From assembly GCA_965230295.1 (NCBI GenBank), contig OZ246001.1:1504001-1568000 (forward strand): a stretch of 64,000 nucleotides of DNA, written 5' to 3'. The number at the start of each line of letters is the position of its first letter. The stretch's first letter is position 1. The position numbers were made by a program, and so were the translations under genes. The notes under the pieces are model-generated. The model saw nothing but the letters and a program-made list of their open reading frames with translations. It was not told the DNA's origin and made no database searches. The DNA is from Marinicella sp. (GTDB taxonomy: Bacteria; Pseudomonadota; Gammaproteobacteria; Xanthomonadales; Marinicellaceae). Of this stretch, positions 39,309 through 47,083 are shown one piece after another.

Positions 39309-40496
39309 TTATTCTATTTTTGGATTTTGTTTTGAAATATTTTCTTCTTGTTTTAACTCATTCAACTTTTCAGAAAATTTTTCACATTTGATTGACTTTG
39401 GTTTTTTATTTTCTTTTGATGCAGCATTCAATTTTCTGCTGGAAATAATGCTTTTTGGAATTTCATAAGTCCCACAGTCTGGATTGTCTTGGATTTTCAC
39501 ATAGAGATGATTTCCGACATCAAGCATGACTAACAAGTTAACAGACTGTCTTGTTGAGCTTTCGTCAATCAACTCAGGAAACAAATTGTCTTTACTGGGG
39601 TTATTTAACATTAAAACTGTGACCGCCTTACCACCACCGATATTCATTGCATTCATTGCAAAACCAGCGTAAGAAAATTTGAAGAATTGAGGGTTTAACA
39701 AAAGCATCCACAAAAAAGCAGAAATGATGGCCGTAACTTTCAGATAGTCTTTGAATGACTTTCTTTCTCTGTTTTCTCCAGGTACTGTGAAAAAATATAA
39801 TATGACCAGCAAAGCAATAAACATGAAAGATATGATCACTATTTGAATGGTCGAAGAAGTGCTATTTGAAATACCGAACTCATTTAATGCTCTTAATATG
39901 ACATACGCAATTGACACCAGCCAAAATACTGATAAGAAAACAAGCATGAAATTTAGTATCGCTTCTAAAACATTTTGACCATTCATTTCTTCTTCGAGAG
40001 ACAAGAACAGGACAATTAACAAATGAACAATAAGAACCACATATACCCAGTAACTTTTGTTCGATAGTGCAATCGCATAAAAAACAACAGGTATTACGAT
40101 TGTTGCCAGATAAACCCAAAACCCACTCCTGTTACGATGACGTTTAATGTTTATTTTCTGCCAAAATGAAGGTTCCTCAGGCAGTTGTTTCCGGTTTTCG
40201 AACATGATCAGCCATGATTTTTCCTCACGATAAAATGTAGGTACTATCAGGAATAGCGACATATACACAACAATGAAGAATGAAATGCCAAAAATAGCCA
40301 GCAAAAGTGTGGGCAATGAAGATAATGAGATTGGCAATGGAATGTTGTGTTGTTTTACGTATAAAACCAAACTAAGAAAGGCTAATATGGTTCCTATGCT
40401 TAAACTTTTTTTAATCAGGTCAAAAACTACAGAAGCGTTTTGGTTTATGGAACCAAGTTCAATCCATAAGTTATCTTTATCTCTTTTTTCTTCCAT
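39309..40496 (-). CDS. Polytopic membrane hypothetical protein
   Basis: 395 aa, about 7 hydrophobic segments, gagg RBS. Confidence 0.65.
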   Translation of the reverse strand: MEEKRDKDNLWIELGSINQNASVVFDLIKKSLSIGTILAFLSLVLYVKQHNIPLPISLSSLPTLLLAIFGISFFIVVYMSLFLIVPTFYREEKSWLIMFENRKQLPEEPSFWQKINIKRHRNRSGFWVYLATIVIPVVFYAIALSNKSYWVYVVLIVHLLIVLFLSLEEEMNGQNVLEAILNFMLVFLSVFWLVSIAYVILRALNEFGISNSTSSTIQIVIISFMFIALLVILYFFTVPGENRERKSFKDYLKVTAIISAFLWMLLLNPQFFKFSYAGFAMNAMNIGGGKAVTVLMLNNPSKDNLFPELIDESSTRQSVNLLVMLDVGNHLYVKIQDNPDCGTYEIPKSIISSRKLNAASKENKKPKSIKCEKFSEKLNELKQEENISKQNPKIE

Positions 40497-40526
40497 TAAT
40501 TACCTCTCGTATGACAAAAGCTTTTG

Positions 40527-41714
40527 TTATTCGCCTTGCAGCTCAAACTCAACTATGTGGTTCCTAAACCATGTATTTTTCTGTTTCTTATAATTGTTGA
40601 ACATGCTTAATTTTTCCTTTGCTAATGGTTCAAAAGCAGAATTAGATGAAGCCAGCACTTTGAGTTGTTCAATTTTTCCTTTTTTGCTGATCATTGTTGC
40701 AATTTTCACCCAAGGGTGATTAAAGTTATGATGCTCATTTCTTTTGTATGCATATGCCAAAACTTCTAATTGATTAAAAGATTTTGTTTTAAATTCAATG
40801 CTTATTTCATCCTCAACTTTTTCACCATCTTTAATCGCGGGGTAAAACAGAAGGCTGTTCATTAATTGACCTATACTTTTTCTGAGATAAGGGTTTTGAT
40901 TGTATTTTTCACCCAACAAACTCTCCCAGCTTGTAATTTTTCCCGACTTATCTATCAGCAATTTATACTTATGCTCCTTAAATCCATCATGATTATATTC
41001 ATCTATTGAATCAACAGCCGTTAACAAAACGGGTGGATGTGAGTGTGCTGAGAAAATACGATGAAATTGTTTGAAAATTCCAGGTCTGGTTTCGTATTGT
41101 TCCCTTACCAGGTCATTATGTTGCTCCAGATGTTTTTCAAATTCAGGAATCTCCTCCATTGCTTTTTCCTGGCCATCCCAAAGAACGGGTTTGTTGTTTA
41201 AGATCAATAGATCGTCACTGTAGAAAAAATTCACATCTGTAACTTTTTTGGGCTTGATTTTTGATTTAATTTTAACTGTGTCTGCGATAACAACAGGCGA
41301 GATATCATACGGAATTTCAGCTATTTGATTCCTCATGGTTTGAAATAATGGTTCATCAAAAATTGAAATTTGCCCCTTTGGCAATTCATAATTAATGGTG
41401 ATTGAAGCCTTTGAGTTCACAGCTTGGCCATCAACGAACTTTGGCTTGAATTTAAATTTCAAACCAGCTGCAATGGATGTGTTATCGAATAAACCTGGAT
41501 GGCTTGAATCTAACACTTCAACACTATCAACTGATCCCAGTGAGTTTATGTGCATTAAAATTTTGACATTACCTTCTGTTCTGTTAATCAATGCTTTCAA
41601 TGGATATACGGGAGAAATACTGACAATAGGAATCACTTCTGAAGGCTCATTTTCCTGCGCAAATCCAATATTTACGAAACACAGTATTAATCCAAGTAAA
41701 AATATATTCTTCAC
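40527..41714 (-). CDS. Exported protein with TonB C-terminal-like domain(s)
   Basis: GTG start with ggagg RBS; P.YP..A....EG.V....IN..G.V..VEV..S....FD....A..KF.FKP...DG.AV. Confidence 0.75.
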   Translation of the reverse strand: MKNIFLLGLILCFVNIGFAQENEPSEVIPIVSISPVYPLKALINRTEGNVKILMHINSLGSVDSVEVLDSSHPGLFDNTSIAAGLKFKFKPKFVDGQAVNSKASITINYELPKGQISIFDEPLFQTMRNQIAEIPYDISPVVIADTVKIKSKIKPKKVTDVNFFYSDDLLILNNKPVLWDGQEKAMEEIPEFEKHLEQHNDLVREQYETRPGIFKQFHRIFSAHSHPPVLLTAVDSIDEYNHDGFKEHKYKLLIDKSGKITSWESLLGEKYNQNPYLRKSIGQLMNSLLFYPAIKDGEKVEDEISIEFKTKSFNQLEVLAYAYKRNEHHNFNHPWVKIATMISKKGKIEQLKVLASSNSAFEPLAKEKLSMFNNYKKQKNTWFRNHIVEFELQGE

Positions 41715-41786
41715 GTTAACCTCCATAAATTGATTCATAGTTACCTATTGCTTACCAATGAATTTATCTTTCTCAATCATTACTGG

Positions 41787-42092
41787 CTAATCACCAAATG
41801 CTTCACCTGTATTTCCATATGCATAGTCATGTAAGTTTGTTTCTTCATCACTAACAACTAATGCTCCATTAAAATCGTCAAAACAAATTCTTGGGTTGTA
41901 TGATTTGCCATTGAAGTTGATTTCACCTTGGTCGTGTAACATTGAAAGTTTAAAAACAAAGTCGCCAACTATTTCTTGAGCTGATTTTTTCTTTATTTTG
42001 TTTTCTTTTAGTGTTTGTTGTAACAGCAAAATCAATTCATATTGCCACTCAATTGCAAGTTCTTCGTATTCTTCTGATATTAGAGGTTCCAT
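41787..42092 (-). CDS. Small acidic hypothetical protein (possible immunity protein)
   Basis: 101 aa, starts 2 bp after the HEAT gene stop; function inferred from context only. Confidence 0.6.
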   Translation of the reverse strand: MEPLISEEYEELAIEWQYELILLLQQTLKENKIKKKSAQEIVGDFVFKLSMLHDQGEINFNGKSYNPRICFDDFNGALVVSDEETNLHDYAYGNTGEAFGD

Positions 42093-42094
42093 AT

Positions 42095-43258
42095 TTACTC
42101 CAGTGTTGCTAAGTAATCATCAATTATTTTAGAAATTGATTTGATCAAGGATTTTGACTCACTGAAAAAATACAAAACAGGTGTGTCAATATCATCCATG
42201 AAAATTTGAAAATACAATGTGCTGCTTCTTAACAATTGTTTTACCTGTAGTTCATAGGTACGGGTTTCTTCAACTTCGGTATCCAGAATCAAGTTTTCTA
42301 AGGCTTTTGGGTCAGTATCGATTTTGTTGCACAATGCATGTAAAAAGCCAGGAACATCTTCCATGTCAAATTCTGTGGAGGTCTCATACTTGTAAGCAAC
42401 CTTATTGCCTTTGATGTATTTAATGCCTTTTGGTAATTTCGGCACGATTTGTTTAACTGAGTTGATTTTTCTGAGTGCTTTTTTAGCTTGATTGCGATAC
42501 CAGCTTTCTTTGTGTTTTGTGTAGTATTCGACAAGTTCTTTTGCTTCGACTGCCTTTAGTTTTCCAAGGGCTTCAACACAAGTGATTACAAATAAATTTG
42601 ATTCGTCTAAACTTTTCTTTTCATTGATTATTTTAATTAAAATTGGAATCGCTTGTTTTCCCATTATTTTGGCAACTACCAAAGGTAAATAGTTTTTTCC
42701 TTCATCATTTATATCGGAGTTATTGAATAATGATAAAATATTTTCAAGCTCTTTTTCAGTGGCGACCGTTTCTAAAACTTGTGCAATTTCGAGCCTGAAT
42801 GAATTATCAGCATTTTCATATAATTGAATTAGTTTTGATCCTGCCATTCCTTGAGCTTTTCTTGATTTGAGTTTATTCACGAGTATTTCTTGTACATCTT
42901 GAGAGTAACCCATATCCAAGTGTTTTAAGATGATTTGAATAATTTGCTCAGTTAGTTGATGTTCTTTAATGCCTTTATAGTAATCAGTATTTAGACCCGT
43001 AGCCCGTACTTCTTCATAAAAATTTTGCAAATCAACTTCATTAGTTTTTATCTGTTCTTCTCTCAGCTGTTGCTTATATTTGTTGTAATTTCTCAGAGCA
43101 ACTCTTTCTTCACCTTCTAGCTTTAACATGTCATCGATAGACATTGCCTCAAATTTTTTGATCTCTTCATTACTTAAAGGTTGAACGTTATCTTCATTTG
43201 ATGCTCTTTGCATATCTTCGATAATTTCTTTTGCAGTTTTTGGTTTGTATTTTTTCAT
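42095..43258 (-). CDS. HEAT-repeat protein, candidate toxin immunity
   Basis: AIPILIK...VEALGKLKA.EA.E.V.......WYRNQAKKALRKI HEAT-like repeats. Confidence 0.75.
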   Translation of the reverse strand: MKKYKPKTAKEIIEDMQRASNEDNVQPLSNEEIKKFEAMSIDDMLKLEGEERVALRNYNKYKQQLREEQIKTNEVDLQNFYEEVRATGLNTDYYKGIKEHQLTEQIIQIILKHLDMGYSQDVQEILVNKLKSRKAQGMAGSKLIQLYENADNSFRLEIAQVLETVATEKELENILSLFNNSDINDEGKNYLPLVVAKIMGKQAIPILIKIINEKKSLDESNLFVITCVEALGKLKAVEAKELVEYYTKHKESWYRNQAKKALRKINSVKQIVPKLPKGIKYIKGNKVAYKYETSTEFDMEDVPGFLHALCNKIDTDPKALENLILDTEVEETRTYELQVKQLLRSSTLYFQIFMDDIDTPVLYFFSESKSLIKSISKIIDDYLATLE

Positions 43259-43299
43259 AAGTTAAGAGCCTGGAATTAATTTTGTTAGAGGTTCTATAT

Positions 43300-44383
43300 T
43301 TACTCCAGCGTTGCTAAGTAACTATCAATTACTTTAGAAATCGACTTGATCAAGGATTTTGATTCACTGAAAAAATACAATGTAGGTAAATCAATATCAT
43401 CCATGAAAATTTGAAAATACAATGTGCTGCTTCTTAACAGTTGTTTTACCTGTAATTCATAGGTACGGGTTTCTTCAACTTCGGTGTCAAGAATCAAGTT
43501 TTCTAAGACTTTTGGATCAGCATCGATTTTGTTGCATAATGCATGTAAAAAACCTGGAACATCTTCCATGTCAAATTCAGTGGAGGTTTCGTACTTGTAA
43601 GCAATCTTATTGTCTTTGATGTATTTAATGCCTTTGGGTAGCTTAGGTACGATTTGTTTAACTGAGTTGATTTTCCTAAGTATTTTTTTAGTTTGGCTTC
43701 GATACCAAGAATCTGAGTGGTTTAAATAAAACTCTGCCAGCTCCCTACCTTCAAAAGCTTTTAAGTTTCCTAACTCAATTAAACAATTAAATATGAATAA
43801 ATTGTTTTCATTTAAATTTTTCTTTTCTGATACTAATTTGATAAAAAGTGGAATGGCTTGTTTCCCCATTAACCTTTTTAAAACTGTGGGTAAGTTAGTT
43901 TTTCCGGCATCTGTGATTTTATTATCATGAAATAACTCTAAAATGCCTTTTAAGTCTTCTTCCGTAGCAACAGAGTCTAAGGCATGTCCGATTTCGTACC
44001 TAATTTCATCATTTGAGTTTCTATATTTGTCAATTAACTGCCGTCCCGCTATCCCACGAGCTTTTTTAGAGTCTAGTTTTTTAAATGATCGTTCTTTTTA
44101 CATCGACAGTGTAACCTTTGTTTAAGTGCCTTAGTAATATTTCAATTGCATTCTTGTTGAGTTGTTGGTCTGTTATTTCTTGAACTGATTTAGCATCAAT
44201 ATTATTTCGATTTAATTCACCTAATAAAGGTTTAATTGATTCCTTGTACTTTATTAGCTTTTCCTGCCTAAGTTCTTCTTTATAAGCGTTGTATTCCCTT
44301 AAGGGTATGCGTTCGGTACCTTTTAACTTTAGCATGTCATCAATTGACATAGCTTCAAATTTTTCAAATTCTTTTTTATTCAT
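43300..44383 (-). pseudogene. Frameshifted paralog of the HEAT-repeat protein
   Basis: One extra nt near 44083; the other frame continues KKLDSKKARGIAG...LMGKQAIP into ORF 43300-43869, collinear with 42095-43258. Confidence 0.8.
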
Positions 44384-44392
44384 GTTTTTACC

Positions 44393-44653
44393 TTAAAACG
44401 GTATGTGATTTATGATGCCATCATCTATAGCTTGTTGTAAGGGTTTTGTAAAAGTTGCTCCCTTTTTTACAAACAAATCAAACCTTAGGTTATTAGCTCT
44501 TGCAATAGCAGTATAATCTTTCAACTGTTGTGTATAACGGGGATGGTTGTTGTCTGACAATGTGTCAAGAGCAAAATCTTTAGCATAATCACAGGCTGCC
44601 GGTTCCGTTGGCCTGGTTGATATTTTTCTCAAATATTCTATGAATGTCACCAT
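44393..44653 (-). pseudogene. Orphan toxin tip, Tox-REase-7-like C-terminal fragment
   Basis: YTQQLKDY...FDLFV.......PL..AI..G.I..IP resembles the Tox-REase-7 C-terminus; the PD...EVK catalytic part is absent. Confidence 0.6.
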
Positions 44654-44709
44654 GTTTTATCTGTACTTAGTCAAATGGCATTTGATTCTGTTTGCTCATG
44701 AATTTATAT

Positions 44710-45276
44710 TTAACATTGTTGCTCTATTTGATTATAAAGTTCAGTCACAGCAGCATCAAAAGCTAAAACGATAACTGCTGAAATCATTGCTTTGGTTTTT
44801 CTCTCTCCAATGACACCTAAAGTGATCATTTTTCCATGCTTTTTTAAAGATCGCTCCTGTACTGATACAAACTTCTCAGATAAATCATTACAATCGCTAA
44901 CAGCTTCAACAGATACTTTTGCACTATAATAATTGAGCCGCATTCTGCCGTCCCATGAATAGCTTGAGTTAAACTTTGTTATTAAAATTGGTTTTATTTT
45001 GTCACGACAGTTCGCGTTAACATTGTAGTTTTTGAGCAATAACTTATTTTCAAATAAATACATGATCTCACCATCATACACTCGCTTCAAATTGTGCACT
45101 TCTGGTATTTCTGAACTAAACTCAACACACTTACTTTTAAATAATCCATCCGTGCAAATTTGAGAATTAGTAATTTTCAAACCATATTTATAATCTTCAA
45201 GATCCATCTTCATCGGATATTTTGATGCACATGATGAGATAAAGATTGTTACAAATAACAACATTTTATTCTTCAT
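44710..45276 (-). CDS. Lipoprotein, candidate Rhs immunity (paralog of 46500-47066)
   Basis: Lipobox ISSC-ASKYP; shares WDG..RLN.Y.AK, KHGK..TLG..GE..TKAMI and LAFDAAV. Confidence 0.75.
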   Translation of the reverse strand: MKNKMLLFVTIFISSCASKYPMKMDLEDYKYGLKITNSQICTDGLFKSKCVEFSSEIPEVHNLKRVYDGEIMYLFENKLLLKNYNVNANCRDKIKPILITKFNSSYSWDGRMRLNYYSAKVSVEAVSDCNDLSEKFVSVQERSLKKHGKMITLGVIGERKTKAMISAVIVLAFDAAVTELYNQIEQQC

Positions 45277-45342
45277 AGTTTTCCTCATAGAGGTTTGACA
45301 AAACCTGTATCAATTTGCCCTAGTAAATCTTTTAGAGCGATT

Positions 45343-45864
45343 CTATTTTTTTAACTTTTCGTCTAGATTAGATAAATCGTTGTTAATTTGATCTAATATA
45401 TTTTGAAGCCCTTTCGTCAACGCAGCTGAATCTTTGTTATTTTGCTTTTTACTGCCAGAAGTCAGAAAAACAAGTTCATCAGAATCAACTTCTGTTTTAT
45501 ACACTCTTTCATCGAGTAGGCTTGCAGAATCATAAAAATCGACTTTTGCTTCAATTTGAAACCTATTAACTGATACAGCCGCTCTTTTTGTGATAAAGCC
45601 CGAAAAAGTTTGAATGTCTTTTATTAAGGCTGAATGTTTGTCACAAACTTTTCGATTTGGAAGGCTTAAAAACTCATTTAGGTTGTAATAGTAAAGAATC
45701 TTTTCTTGTTTGGCTTTTGCTCGAACTGACAGTTTATTAAACTCTTGATCAAGTTGGATACACTGATTATAAGAGCCAGTTGCAATAGGCATATCACTCT
45801 TCAAGATCTTAGATTTACATGACGAGATTAATATCGTTATTAATAACAATAATTTAACCTTCAT
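45343..45864 (-). CDS. Lipoprotein, candidate immunity (paralog of 45854-46378)
   Basis: Lipobox ISSC; shares CI..D, EK..Y..NL..F, VS..RF and FL.SG.KK. Confidence 0.72.
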   Translation of the reverse strand: MKVKLLLLITILISSCKSKILKSDMPIATGSYNQCIQLDQEFNKLSVRAKAKQEKILYYYNLNEFLSLPNRKVCDKHSALIKDIQTFSGFITKRAAVSVNRFQIEAKVDFYDSASLLDERVYKTEVDSDELVFLTSGSKKQNNKDSAALTKGLQNILDQINNDLSNLDEKLKK

Positions 45865-46378
45865 AGTTTTCCTTATAAGGGTTTGATAAGCCTGTCTCAA
45901 TTTGCTCTATTAAATCTTTCAGTACGACTTTGATAGCTATTTCATCTTGTTTTAACTTTTTTTCTCCTGATGCCAAAAAAGAATGTGAATCTGCGTCAGA
46001 TTGCGAAAAATATTCCTTTTTCTCAATTATTTTATTTTGGTAATAGATATTGACAGTGGCATACATTAAAAACCTATGCAACGACACTTCTTTTCTTACT
46101 GTAACAGCTTCTCCAATTGTTTTTATGCTTTCGATCTCTGCTTTGTAATTAAAGCAATCACCTGTGTCATTTAGTTCAATAAAATCAGACAGATTAAAAA
46201 GGTAATACACTTTTTCTTTATTGTATTTTGAATAAACCGATTGATTATCTGAAAGTGACTTATCAAAGTTTATACATGAATTGTGAAAAACAATTTTCGT
46301 TGATTCACTCTTTATGTGTATTGGCTTACCACATGCGGTTAGAATGAAAATCACCAGTAATGTAATCATTTTTTTCAT
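45854..46378 (-). CDS. Lipoprotein, candidate immunity
   Basis: Lipobox LTAC; ggag RBS; directly follows the duplicated toxin tip. Confidence 0.72.
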   Translation of the reverse strand: MKKMITLLVIFILTACGKPIHIKSESTKIVFHNSCINFDKSLSDNQSVYSKYNKEKVYYLFNLSDFIELNDTGDCFNYKAEIESIKTIGEAVTVRKEVSLHRFLMYATVNIYYQNKIIEKKEYFSQSDADSHSFLASGEKKLKQDEIAIKVVLKDLIEQIETGLSNPYKENYEG

Positions 46379-46393
46379 AAAAATTCTCCAAAT

Positions 46394-46453
46394 TTAATAG
46401 CATCCGCTCCACTCGTGTAAAGCACAACCAGCTCCTGGATAGCCAGCAGGTTG
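46394..46453 (-). repeat. Remnant of the last 19 codons plus stop of an Rhs toxin allele
   Basis: Encodes QPAGYPGAGCALHEWSGCY*, identical in protein to 47084-47143. Confidence 0.92.
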
Positions 46454-46499
46454 TTATTTAATGGACTGCCTATCCTGAATCACCTTTTTATTGAAATCC

Positions 46500-47066
46500 T
46501 TACTGACAATGCTGATTTATTTGGCTGTAAATATCTGATACTGCAGCATCAAACGCCAGAACAACTACTGCTGCAATCATGGCTTTAGTTTCTTCTTCTC
46601 CAACTAATCCAAGGGTTACAATTTTCCCATGTTTTCTTAATTTGATTTCTTGAGTGGAGGAAAATGTTTTAAACGAATCCTGACAAATGTAACGAGCTTT
46701 TACAGAAATTTTTGCTTTATAGATATTCAATCTTTTCATTCCATCCCAATGAAAAATAGAATCAATTTTTTCAATAAAGATTGGTTGATCAAACTTACAT
46801 TTATTTTTTGTGTCAAAGATCAATGATAAATCATTTCTATCATAACTATAGAGAACCATACTATCTCTTTCTTCAATTAAGGGTAAATTTAGTGGAATAG
46901 TTTGATCAAACATAAAACATTTATTTTGAATGGAAATTTCTTCAACAATGTTTGAATCAGTAATTTCTATACCTTTCTCATACTCGTTCAAATTGACTCT
47001 CTTGGGATATTTTGAAGCACATGAACTAACTAAGATGCTTACAACTATAAATAAATAAACTTTCAT
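46500..47066 (-). CDS. Lipoprotein, probable cognate immunity of the Rhs toxin
   Basis: Lipobox VSSC; starts 17 bp downstream of the toxin stop. Confidence 0.75.
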   Translation of the reverse strand: MKVYLFIVVSILVSSCASKYPKRVNLNEYEKGIEITDSNIVEEISIQNKCFMFDQTIPLNLPLIEERDSMVLYSYDRNDLSLIFDTKNKCKFDQPIFIEKIDSIFHWDGMKRLNIYKAKISVKARYICQDSFKTFSSTQEIKLRKHGKIVTLGLVGEEETKAMIAAVVVLAFDAAVSDIYSQINQHCQ

Positions 47067-47083
47067 AATTTTTTCTCAATTTT

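Noticed and set aside
43861-43890. Second frameshift in the HEAT pseudogene
   Set aside because: On recount, ...PTVLKRLMGK is in frame; only the shift near 44083 is present.
41787-47066. Integron cassette array or CRISPR array
   Set aside because: No attC-like palindromes, regularly spaced repeats, intI or cas genes; spacers are coding remnants instead.
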